NCBI GenBank assembly: GCA_902780865.1
Contig: CACZHC010000011.1
Coordinates: 2,898 to 66,897, forward strand
Length of the DNA: 64,000 bases
DNA from: an uncultured bacterium
GTDB lineage: Bacteria > Verrucomicrobiota > Kiritimatiellia > RFP12 > UBA1067
Reading direction: 5' to 3'
The notes beneath the pieces are model-generated. The model worked only from the letters and a program-made list of their open reading frames with translations. It searched no databases and was not told the origin of the DNA. Within the stretch, counting starts at the first letter, position 1; each line of letters begins with the position of its first letter. The translations under genes and the position numbers were made by a program. Positions 9,703 to 19,000 of the stretch are shown in pieces.

Positions 9703-10734
9703 TCAGTCGTTGAGAGGGCTGAACGGGTCTTCGTCGGTCTCGACGCGTCCCTCCCTGTCCTCCATGCGGCCTATGTATTCCTTGGCGATGTCAGCCGGAA
9801 TCTCATACGGCTTGGTGTGATCGATCTTCCACTGCTTCCATCCCGGCTTGCGGAACGGATTGCGGAATGTCTTGGTGAGCTTGTTGCGCTGCTCGAGGTG
9901 AACCATGCAGGCACGGATGCATCCACACGCGCCCTCCACGGCGCGGCCATATCCGTACTGCCTCGGGAAGTCGCCCTCGAACGGCGACAGCGACTTGTCG
10001 GCTCCGCCGTGTATTCCCTCCTCGCAGGCAAGTTCGTCCAGCTTGCCCCACTCGATCTCGTGGCCGCATACCGTGACCTTGACGGACTCCGTCATCGATA
10101 TCGCGTGCCCCGCGCAGTTTCTGACGCAAAGTTTGCAGCGGTCACAGATGTGGCCTTCGTAAATTGGGTCGTATTCGTCAAATTCCGCATCGGTGAACAG
10201 CATCGCGAAGCGGACGCGCGGCCCGAACTCCGGCGTGAGGAACATCTTCGACCAGCCGAACTCTCCGAGCCCCGCGAGATACGCCGCCATGCGGAAGTGC
10301 ACAAGCACGTCGGGCGCAGGGCGACCCTCCGCGACATGGCGGCTGAGTCCGGCGCGAAACTTGCCTGTCACCGGGTTCACCGCATCGCCGCCGTTCGCGT
10401 TCTGCAGCGGAAACACCTCGTATCCGCGCTCTTCGAGATAGCGGTTCAGCTTCCAGAGTACCATGGGGCCGTGCACCTGGTTGAGCGACGCATAGCCCAT
10501 GCCGGGATAGTCGAGAAACCTCGTTCCCTCCTCGATGCCGCGGAGAAGTCCACGCGGGATGCGGAAGCCGAAGACTATCATCGACTTCGCGCCCGGGAAA
10601 ATGTAGCGCGGGTCGTTCTGCTTCGGCGCACCCTCCCAGCGGCTCATCGGCGCAATGCCGACGCAGTCCGCGCCGACCCTTTTCGCCAGCGCTTTTATCT
10701 CGGCGCTCGTGACATCTGGGAAATTCTCGGTCAC
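9703..10734 (-). CDS. QueG/reductive-dehalogenase-superfamily Fe-S protein, paralog B
   Basis: This is the C-terminal 343 aa of the 608-aa track ORF. The GTG start at 10734-10732 overlaps the TGA stop of paralog A (GTGA). It aligns residue-for-residue with paralog A from the N-terminus (VTENFPDVTSAEIKALAKRVGADCVGIAP vs MSYEKELTAAEVKAKAKECGADIVGIAP). Shared motifs are AGLGEFG, CDRCKLCVRNC and GACGCIRACMVHLE. Confidence 0.7.
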   Translation of the reverse strand: MTENFPDVTSAEIKALAKRVGADCVGIAPMSRWEGAPKQNDPRYIFPGAKSMIVFGFRIPRGLLRGIEEGTRFLDYPGMGYASLNQVHGPMVLWKLNRYLEERGYEVFPLQNANGGDAVNPVTGKFRAGLSRHVAEGRPAPDVLVHFRMAAYLAGLGEFGWSKMFLTPEFGPRVRFAMLFTDAEFDEYDPIYEGHICDRCKLCVRNCAGHAISMTESVKVTVCGHEIEWGKLDELACEEGIHGGADKSLSPFEGDFPRQYGYGRAVEGACGCIRACMVHLEQRNKLTKTFRNPFRKPGWKQWKIDHTKPYEIPADIAKEYIGRMEDREGRVETDEDPFSPLND

Positions 10735-11807
10735 GCCACGCCTCCGCTGGACGAGTTGTCCTGAACAAGCCCCGCCGCGGCCTTCGTACCGTAGTTGGAC
10801 TTGATGTTGTAGTTCGTGTAGGCGTCGTGCGACTCGATGTTGCCCTCGTATTCCCTGAGCGTGTCCGCCGGAATCTCGTATGGCTTGGAGTGGTCGATCT
10901 CCCACTGCTGCCAGCCCTCCTTGCGGAAGGGATTGCGAAATCCGTGAGTCATCTTGGCACGACGCTCCAGGTGGACCATGCAGGCGCGGATGCAGCCGCA
11001 GCTGCCTTCGTGCGCGAGGCCGTAGCCGTACTTGCGCGGATAGTTGCCGTCGAAAGGCGAAAGCTCGCGGTTGAGCCCGCCCTCGCGGAAGGCCTTGGAG
11101 CAGGCCATTTCGTCGCGCTTGGCCCATTCGACCTCCACACCGCATATCGTCTTCTTCACGGTCTCCGTAGGCGAGATGCACTTGCCGTGGCAGTTTTTGA
11201 CGCACTCCATGCAGCGGTCGCAGATCTTTCCGACGTAGATCGGATCGGGATCCAGCTCCGCGTCCGTCAGCATTATCGCAAAACGCTGGCGGGGGCCGAA
11301 TTCCGGCGTCAGAAAGGCCCGGGAATAGCCGAACTCGCCAAGTCCGGCGAGAAACGCCGCCATGCGGAAATCGACCGCAACGTCGGGCGCGGGAAGCCCT
11401 GGGCGGACGGGACGACTCCAGCCCTTGCGGAAGTTGCCCGTGAGGGGGTTGACGGCTTCGCCGCCGCCGACGTTCGCCATTGGCACGGCCTCGTAGCCGT
11501 GATCTTCCATGAAGCGGTTCATCTCCCACAGGACCATCGGCCCGTAGATGGAGTTGAGCGCGGCATATCCCATTGTCGCGTAGTTGAGGTAGTGCGTGCC
11601 TTCTTCAACGCCGCGCAGCGAGCCGCGCGGGATGCGGAAACCAAAGACGATCATCGACTTCGCGTCAGGGAAGATGTAGCGTGGGTCGTGTTGCTTGTCC
11701 GCCACACCTTCCCAGCGGGTCATAGGAGCGATGCCGACAATATCGGCGCCGCATTCCTTCGCCTTGGCCTTGACCTCTGCCGCTGTCAGTTCTTTTTCGT
11801 AGGACAT
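10731..11807 (-). CDS. QueG/reductive-dehalogenase-superfamily Fe-S protein, paralog A
   Basis: 358-aa ORF. It has a QueG-like N-terminus (KECGADIVGIAP), FLAGLGEFGYSRAFLTPEFGPRQRF, a CxxCxxCxxxC motif (CDRCMECVKNC) and GSCGCIRAC. It has no signal or TAT motif. Confidence 0.7.
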   Translation of the reverse strand: MSYEKELTAAEVKAKAKECGADIVGIAPMTRWEGVADKQHDPRYIFPDAKSMIVFGFRIPRGSLRGVEEGTHYLNYATMGYAALNSIYGPMVLWEMNRFMEDHGYEAVPMANVGGGEAVNPLTGNFRKGWSRPVRPGLPAPDVAVDFRMAAFLAGLGEFGYSRAFLTPEFGPRQRFAIMLTDAELDPDPIYVGKICDRCMECVKNCHGKCISPTETVKKTICGVEVEWAKRDEMACSKAFREGGLNRELSPFDGNYPRKYGYGLAHEGSCGCIRACMVHLERRAKMTHGFRNPFRKEGWQQWEIDHSKPYEIPADTLREYEGNIESHDAYTNYNIKSNYGTKAAAGLVQDNSSSGGVA

Positions 11808-11827
11808 AATAGTTTAAAGTTGAAAGT

Positions 11828-13564
11828 TTAAAGTTGACAGTCGCCTGTGGACTTGTGGTTGAGACGGTGCAAGATTGGAATCAGCAGGAGCCCCGAGGCG
11901 ACGGACACGATCGTCATCACCGCGGCAAACGCGATGCGGCCGTATATCCAGTATCCGCCCGCGAACATGAGCGAATAGATGGCGGCGCATGAAACCGTCA
12001 TAGCCAGCATTCCCCAAGCGATGTCGTGCCCGCTGGCACGGATCTTGTTCTGGAACGCCGCGCGCTTCGCAGCCTCGGTCGGCGGCGTGAGGAGTGTCAC
12101 GCCGACCCATGCAGCCGTCGTGACGGACATCACGATCAGGAGCCGGTGCCAGACCGCCAGCTCAGGTCCGCCGAGATGCGGATAGACAAGCTGAAGGAAT
12201 ACGGCCACCGCGAACGAGACGGCCATCGCCGTGATCTCGCTCCATGCGTTGATGCGCATCCAGAACCAACGGAGCAGGTAGATAAGCCCCGTGCCCGCGC
12301 CGATCTGCAAAATCAGGTTGAAGACCGCGCCAGCCGAAATGAGGAACGGGGAGATTATGGCGGTGAGCGCCATCAGGACGACGACGGTCACGCGTCCGAC
12401 GACGATGAGCTCGCGCTCTTCGGCCTCCGGGCGGACGAAGCGCTTCCAGAAGTCATTGGCGATGTAGTTTGACCCCATGGAAAGATGCGCCGCCACCGTG
12501 GAGAAGAGAGCGCCCATCATGGACGCCGCGACGACTCCAAGCCAGCCGTTCGGCACGAACGTAAGCATCGCGGGATAGGCGAGATCGCCCTTGACGAGCG
12601 CGGGATTGACGTTCGGGAACGCCTTCTGGAGAGATGCAAGGTCGGGGAACACGATGAGCGAAGCGAACGCGGTTAGGTACCACGGCCACGGGCGGATCGC
12701 GTAGTTGATGACCTGGTACAGTATCGAGCCGCCGACACAATGCCCCTCGCTCTTCGCGGAAAGCATGCGCTGGACGATATAGCCGCCGCCGCCCGGCTCG
12801 GAACCTGGATACCACACGTTCCACCACTGGATCGCGACCGGAATCACGAACACGGCGACGAAAAGATCGGCGTTGGACGGATCGGGAAAGAACGACAGAT
12901 GGCTCTGCACGACGGGGTTCGACATCATCGCAGAGAATCCGCCGACTGCAGGATGGTTCACGGCGTAGTACATGCCCACGACCGCCCCGACCATTATGAC
13001 GACGAAGAGGAAGAAGTCCGTGTATATCGCGCCGCGGAATCCGCCCACGGCGGAATACACTATCGACGCGACGGCCGTGACTGCGACGACCGTCCACTGC
13101 CCGACGCCGAAAAGCGTCTGGCCTATCTTTATCGCCGCCAGCATCACGAGCCCCGTCGTTATCACGTTGAACACCAGCCCGAGATATATGGCGCGGAAGC
13201 CGCGCAGGAACGCGGCGGCCCTGCCCGAGTAGCGAAGCTCGTAGAACTCGATGTCGCTCTTGGCGCCGGAGCGCACCCACAGCTTGGAATAGACGAACAC
13301 CGTGAGCATGCCTGTGAGGAGAAACGCCCACCACTTCCAGTTCTCTCCAAGCGAGGAGTTGCGAATGAATTCGGTGAACATGTTCGCGGAGTTCGTCGAG
13401 GTCGATGCCGCGCACATGGAGACGCCGATTAGCCACCACGGCATCGAGCGCCCAGAGAGGAAGAAGTCCTTGGCGTCCTTGCTCGCATGGCGCGAGCACG
13501 CCGCCGCGATGCCGAAAAGGGCCGCGAAGAATAGCCCTATGGCAAGGAAGTCCAGACTGTCCAT
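11828..13564 (-). CDS. sodium:solute symporter (SSS/SLC5) family transporter
   Basis: Polytopic hydrophobic ORF. The track start at 13576 is GTG. I prefer ATG at 13564 (MDSLDFLAIGLFFAALFGIAA). The sequence is typical of the SSS family (...SGRSMPWWLIGVSM..., GGGYIVQRMLSAKSE). Confidence 0.75.
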   Translation of the reverse strand: MDSLDFLAIGLFFAALFGIAAACSRHASKDAKDFFLSGRSMPWWLIGVSMCAASTSTNSANMFTEFIRNSSLGENWKWWAFLLTGMLTVFVYSKLWVRSGAKSDIEFYELRYSGRAAAFLRGFRAIYLGLVFNVITTGLVMLAAIKIGQTLFGVGQWTVVAVTAVASIVYSAVGGFRGAIYTDFFLFVVIMVGAVVGMYYAVNHPAVGGFSAMMSNPVVQSHLSFFPDPSNADLFVAVFVIPVAIQWWNVWYPGSEPGGGGYIVQRMLSAKSEGHCVGGSILYQVINYAIRPWPWYLTAFASLIVFPDLASLQKAFPNVNPALVKGDLAYPAMLTFVPNGWLGVVAASMMGALFSTVAAHLSMGSNYIANDFWKRFVRPEAEERELIVVGRVTVVVLMALTAIISPFLISAGAVFNLILQIGAGTGLIYLLRWFWMRINAWSEITAMAVSFAVAVFLQLVYPHLGGPELAVWHRLLIVMSVTTAAWVGVTLLTPPTEAAKRAAFQNKIRASGHDIAWGMLAMTVSCAAIYSLMFAGGYWIYGRIAFAAVMTIVSVASGLLLIPILHRLNHKSTGDCQL

Positions 13565-13676
13565 GTGCACCCTCACGCGGACATTTTACAAAACGCACCC
13601 GTCCGCGGCAACAAATAAACGCGAAAAAGAATATAAACAAATGCGAAACGCGGCTCATGCGCCGCGGATATATTTA

Positions 13677-13685
13677 TGGTATAAT
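13677..13685 (+). promoter_or_regulatory. extended -10 (TGGTATAAT) 6 nt upstream of the regulator ATG (leaderless-type)
   Basis: TGGTATAAT lies at 13677-13685 and the ATG at 13692. Confidence 0.5.
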
Positions 13686-13691
13686 TCCCGC

Positions 13692-14855
13692 ATGAAGGCG
13701 AAGGTCCTGATCATATTGCCGTCCGACAAGTTCCTGCACCGGCAGATACTTGAAGGCGTGCTCGCATATGGGCACGCGCACGGACCGTGGCAGTTCCATT
13801 TCGAGACCGGGAGCCGCTATGAACAGGGCCTTGCCAGGCTTCGCCGCTGGGGTTGCAGCGGCGTCATAGCGCTTGTTCGCGAGCGCCGGCAGATGAACCG
13901 CATCCTGGCGACGAAAACGCCTGCCGTTCTGATCAATCCGCCGACGCCACCCCACGGCACGGCGTCAAAACCGCCGAAACGCACGACTTTCATAGCTCGC
14001 GTACAGGAGGATGTCGGGAAATCCGCTGCGGAATATTTTCTAGACAGGGGCTTCCGCAGCTTTGCTTTTGTCGGGACACCCGAGCCGTCGGCCTGGTGCG
14101 AGCGTCGCCTAAAGGGAATGAGGAATCGACTCGCCGCAGCGGACCTTGAGTGCAACGCGTTCCCCGGGGCTCCAAAGGGCGAGCGCGAAGACTTTGACAG
14201 GGAGTCCGCCCATCTGGCCGAATGGCTGCGCTCGCTGAAACCGCAGACAGCCCTTTACGCCGCGTGGGACAGACGCGCGCTCCAGATCCTGAGCCTCTGC
14301 TCCGAACTCGACATCGCAGTTCCGGAATCGCTGTCCGTCCTCGGCACAGACAACGACGAGGTGCTTTGCGAATCGTCGACCCCGTCGCTTTCATCAATTG
14401 CGCTGGACGGGCGGAACGCCGGAATCCTCTGCGCAAAGCTGCTTGACGCGCACATGAACGGACGCAAGGCCGAACCGCTTGTCGACCTTGCGTTCCCGCG
14501 CATCGTGACAAGGCAATCAACCGACAAGACCGTGGTCCCTGACGCATACTTGGCAAAGGCGCTGGACATGGTGCGAAAAGACCTCTCGGTGGCCCGCACC
14601 ATCGACGACATTGCGAAGGAACTGCGCATATCGAAGCGTTCCCTCGAAATGAAGGCGAACCTTGTGCTTGGCAACACGCTGAAGAACGAGATAATCCGCA
14701 TACGGCTAAACGAGGCTGTGCGGCTTGTCTCGAACACGTCCCTGCCGCTGTCCGAAGTCGCCGAAAAATGCGGCTTCTGCTGCGCGAGCCACATGAACAC
14801 CCGATTCAAAGCCGCGTTCGGATATAGCCCGTCCGTTTTCCGTGCGCCTCCGTGA
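13692..14855 (+). CDS. XylR-like transcriptional regulator (periplasmic-binding-protein-like sensor + AraC-type HTH)
   Basis: The real start is MKAKVLIILPSDKFLHRQILEGVLAYG. The upstream 130 aa of the track ORF 13302..14855 are antisense to the symporter. The C-terminal AraC HTH is ...SLPLSEVAEKCGFCCASHMNTRFKAAFGYSPSVFR. Confidence 0.75.
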   Translation: MKAKVLIILPSDKFLHRQILEGVLAYGHAHGPWQFHFETGSRYEQGLARLRRWGCSGVIALVRERRQMNRILATKTPAVLINPPTPPHGTASKPPKRTTFIARVQEDVGKSAAEYFLDRGFRSFAFVGTPEPSAWCERRLKGMRNRLAAADLECNAFPGAPKGEREDFDRESAHLAEWLRSLKPQTALYAAWDRRALQILSLCSELDIAVPESLSVLGTDNDEVLCESSTPSLSSIALDGRNAGILCAKLLDAHMNGRKAEPLVDLAFPRIVTRQSTDKTVVPDAYLAKALDMVRKDLSVARTIDDIAKELRISKRSLEMKANLVLGNTLKNEIIRIRLNEAVRLVSNTSLPLSEVAEKCGFCCASHMNTRFKAAFGYSPSVFRAPP

Positions 14856-14906
14856 GCCACGCAAGCTCCGCACGATATCTGCGTACATAGCCAGCGACAT
14901 TCCCGG

Positions 14907-16022
14907 TCAGTCGCCCTCGAGCATCAGCTCGCGGAGACGCGCGATGTCCGCGTCGGTGAAGCCAGTCGACTTTACGTAGGACTCGATGCGTGCGTTAAGC
15001 GTGTCGCCCGGATATTTGTTCATCACTTCAAGGAGCGCGGCGTATGTGTTGTTGCGGTTGAACCAGTCGTGCTCGTCTTTCCAGAGAGCCGACGCCTCCC
15101 AGTCGCGCACAAGGTCCTCTGGCGACACGCCGAGGAGACCATTGATCAAGAAGGCAAGCGTACCAGTACGGTCCTGCCCGCTGCTGCAGTGGAAGAGAAG
15201 CGGAAGATTCTTCTCGTCACACACAAGCTCGAGCCCCTTCCTGCACGCCTCCTTCGCCCACGGCTCATCCATCTGCGAATAGCAGCCTGACGAAACCTCA
15301 ACACGTCGCACCGACGGCCCAAGAGGCGAACCGACGAGTCCAGCACATTCCTTTGGACTGCGCAAATCCAGCTCCGTGCAGATGCCAAGCGCATTTGTCA
15401 TGAAGTTTACGCCAGAATCGTCAAGACGCATGCGAGGCAGTTCACCGGGACACTCCGATGCATTCTCGCAAAGGTTCGCCGAGCGGTAGAGAAGACCCTG
15501 CTTCACACGCCGCCCGTCGGCAGTGCGCCAACCGCCAAGGTCGCGCACGTTCGGAACGCCAGGGACGCGGATAAGGCGCGGCGGACGGTCCTCGGTGAAA
15601 AATGAGCCTGTCGCCGAACCCTTCCCCGCGACGTCGACAGACCAGCGATAGCGGCAGCCGACCCTGAAGTTATCCCACTCGAACCGCCCAGTTGTGAGGT
15701 AGACAAAATTCGTGTCGCAGACACACACATCGTCATCCTCGCGCCAAATGCGGAAGTGAAGCCGCTCCTTTCGGGAGTTGATGCCAGTCCAGACGAAGAC
15801 GACAGGCTGAGGATACCACCCAAGCGCCAGGAGATCCGCACGATAGACTGCATCGCCCGCCTTTGACATGCGCTCCGCGTCTGAGGAGTCAAAAAACGAC
15901 TTTTGCCCCTCGCTCAGCAGCGGAACGGTCGCGCCTTCCGCCGGGAGCATCAGCTCGACGGCGGACGCGGCGCCGCAGACCGCGGCAACTGCCATGGCAA
16001 GAAGCGTCTTCATCGATGTCAT
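14907..16022 (-). CDS. secreted protein-tyrosine-phosphatase-like enzyme (Y_phosphatase3 type, CX5R)
   Basis: 371-aa ORF with a signal peptide. The active-site loop is HCSSGQDRTG. The start ATG overlaps the stop of the upstream gene (ATGA at 16022-16019). Confidence 0.65.
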   Translation of the reverse strand: MTSMKTLLAMAVAAVCGAASAVELMLPAEGATVPLLSEGQKSFFDSSDAERMSKAGDAVYRADLLALGWYPQPVVFVWTGINSRKERLHFRIWREDDDVCVCDTNFVYLTTGRFEWDNFRVGCRYRWSVDVAGKGSATGSFFTEDRPPRLIRVPGVPNVRDLGGWRTADGRRVKQGLLYRSANLCENASECPGELPRMRLDDSGVNFMTNALGICTELDLRSPKECAGLVGSPLGPSVRRVEVSSGCYSQMDEPWAKEACRKGLELVCDEKNLPLLFHCSSGQDRTGTLAFLINGLLGVSPEDLVRDWEASALWKDEHDWFNRNNTYAALLEVMNKYPGDTLNARIESYVKSTGFTDADIARLRELMLEGD

Positions 16023-19000
16023 TCCGCCGCGCCGATGCCGACGACAAAAAGCTGCGACTTGGACGTAGCGGCCTGAAGCTCGCCGAGCGCATCTGCGACA
16101 TCTGTGAGGGTGGCATTTAGAGTGAACGTCTCGGCGTCGTCAAGATTGTCCTTGCAGAGAAGGCCGAATGTCGAGCCGACGTTCGCGCCGATTTCCGCAG
16201 CACGGAATCCGACCGCGACCATGCCGCCCTCATACGCAATCGCTGTGAACGCGATGAACTTCCCGCCCTGTCCGTCGTCCAGTCCCTTAATGCCGCCGTT
16301 CGTGCCCGGGATGTCCCATTCGTCCGCAGGACGCGGACCGTATTCGCCGTACTCGTAGCATCCGATCGCCGGCTTCAGGTAGGAGAAGTACTTGCCGTCG
16401 AGGTCTTTTTCAAGACCGGCGTAGTCCGTGCCCGCCTCGATCGCAGGCGAAGTCGCGGCGAGATGGTAGTCGCCGTTCGCGGCATTGACAAAGAGCGGCG
16501 TTCCGCCGAAGAGGCAGGTCGTTGTCTTGGCCCCGACTGCGGAGGCGACTGTTGCGTCCTTGTACGCGACATCCGCATCGCCGGCCGTCGCGGCAGCTTC
16601 CGCCGTGTTGCCGGAGACGATGCAGTTCACGAGCGTCGTGTCGCCCTGGGCGATGTAGATTCCGCCGCCAAGCCCCGAGCCGACGACGCCATTGTTCGCA
16701 ACCGTCGTGTTGCGTATTACGGTCGTGAAGCTGTCGCTCGCGGCCACGCCCGTGACGGCGATGCCGCCGCCGTGGCTCGTGCGATCAGACGCGCCGGCCG
16801 TGTTGCCGTACACGAGGCAGGAGTCGATCTCGACGCTAAGCCCTGACCTTCCGCGGATGCCTATGCCGCCGCCAACTCCGTTGAGGAAGTCCGTTCCAGC
16901 GGAATTGCCCGCGACAATCGTGTGGTCGATCTTCACGCTGCCAGCGCCGCTCGCAAAGATGCCGCCGCCGCCATAGCTGCGCTTCGCATAGTTGTTCGTG
17001 ACGCAGCACCAGGAGACCGTGCCGTCGTCGATGTACACTCCGCCACCGGACTTGTCGTTGCCGTCGACCTTGCCTCCCGTGATGGCGACATGGCTGACGA
17101 CGCTTCCGTCCGCTATGTACGCCACGCGGTTGTCGCTTCCGGAGTTCGTTTTCGCGAAGCGAATCGTCGTGTTCGTCCAACCCTGGCCGACAAGCGTGAC
17201 GCCTCCAGTCACATTGAGCTGCGCGTCGATGTCGAAAAGACCGTTGCCAAGCGTGACGGTTCCCTGCGTCGGAACTGCGGCGTCGATTGCTTCCTGTATC
17301 GTCTGGCGCGTCTCGGCAGCCGTCTCGCCCGGCTGAATCCCCTCGCCCGGCTGCGGCGGAGTAATTACCTTGGGGATCGTAACGTCCTTCGTCTGGGTTG
17401 CGAACGGCGCGCCAGGGAATACAGCCGTGTAGCGCCCCGTGCCGGTCGCTTCGGTTGTCGCGGCCTGAACGACAGCGTAGGTCGCCGTGACTGTTTCGTT
17501 CGTCACATGCGCGGAATCGACGGTGCACGTCGCGCTTCCGGTGCACGTCGCGTTGTCGGCGGACCAGACGTACGACGCATCGCCCCAAGTATGGACGTGC
17601 GTTTCGGGACCGGGCTCAACAGGCTCGGCCCCGGTCGTAAAATTTCCGCTTTTCACCGCCCCCATCACGGTCTCGGCATTGTTGGAGATCGAAAGCGAAT
17701 AATAGTAAGTCGTCTCTGCCGTCAGGTTGGAAATGGCATAGTTGAACGAAGCCGTCGCGTCCTCGGCGATCTTCGTTGCCACGCCGAGAGTATTTGCACT
17801 CGCGCCGAGCGCGAGATAGACATCGCACGCGGTCGCGCCGGAGCCAAGCGAAGAGATCGTGCCGGAGATCGTCGCGTTCGTGACCGCCGGCGTAACGGTG
17901 ACCGTGCCGAGGACAGGCGACGTCTGAACGGGCTGAGCGCTGGATGAGGCCGTGCGGATGTTGTAGTCGTGGAGCTGCACGACGGGGTCCTCGTGAGGAT
18001 TGGGATAGGTGCCGCTCCACCCGCCGAGACGGACCTCGCGAAGCTTGTTGCTGTCCGTGTCGATAACGAAGATGCTGAAGTGGTAGGCGGCTTCCGTTCC
18101 GAGTTCGTGGCTCTTCGGCTTGCTCGGACAGTTCACGGCGTACGCGCTCGCGACGGATATTGCTGAAGCCCAGACCGCATTGCCAGGATTTGCGTCCTGA
18201 TCGGCCTTTGACGCGATTTCCTTCTCGTTCGTGAAATGGAAGTGCGCGGCGACGAGCCCGAAGAATCCCATGCCCTTGTGCGTGCCGAGGTTCCAGGGCT
18301 CATCGTGGCTCCCAGGGTTCGTGTAGCCGTTTATGTACCCGCACTGAAGGTCGGCGGCGGCGCCGCGTCCCGAGGAACCGCTAACCTTTTCCTCCGCACC
18401 GTGCGCGACCATGCCCATGACGGTGTTCTCCGGTGTGAGCGCTGGGTCGATGAGATTGCCGGATGCGTCGTAGAACTGCGCCGCGTCGTAGGCGCGGTAT
18501 TCGGACTTGCCGCCCGTCGCGCTGTCATAGAGGCTCACGCAGGCGATGCGCACGTTGGGGCCGCCGGACGCAAGAAGGCGACGGAAGTCGAGGTGGTAGG
18601 AGTTGCCGGTGAAATGTCCGGTTGTGCTGCCGAGCTTCGCGTTCGGAAGATCGCGATGGTAGGTGATGTCCACTCCCTGCAAATGCGCAGCGGCGGCAGA
18701 CGTGTTGAAGTTCGTCTGGACGTACGCCCACGCCTCGTCCGACATGTGCATATTCGCGCCGTTGAGCGAATAGTTGCGCTCGTGGTTGCCATCGATCGTG
18801 AAGAGCGGAACGCTCGCGGGGAGGTGCTGGTCAAACATCGCCTTCACGTTCCAGATTTCGTTGGTATATTCGGCTTCCGTGAGGCCGCGGTCCTGTGCGC
18901 CGCCGTTGTAGATCGGCGCAGTCGACAGGTCGCCGCCGTTGATGACGGCATCTAGCCCGGCGTCGACCGCCACGGACCCGAGAAGCCGGATCGACTGCTC

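Noticed and set aside
9703-11529. The 608-aa ORF could be read as one large fused Fe-S protein
   Set aside because: Its first ~265 aa are an Arg/Gly-rich alternative frame overlapping paralog A. Homology to paralog A begins exactly at GTG 10734, so there are two separate coupled genes.
9703-11807. Interpreting the Rdh/QueG-like pair as respiratory reductive dehalogenases
   Set aside because: There is no twin-arginine signal and no adjacent small membrane anchor (RdhB-like) gene. The context is a symporter plus a sugar-type regulator.
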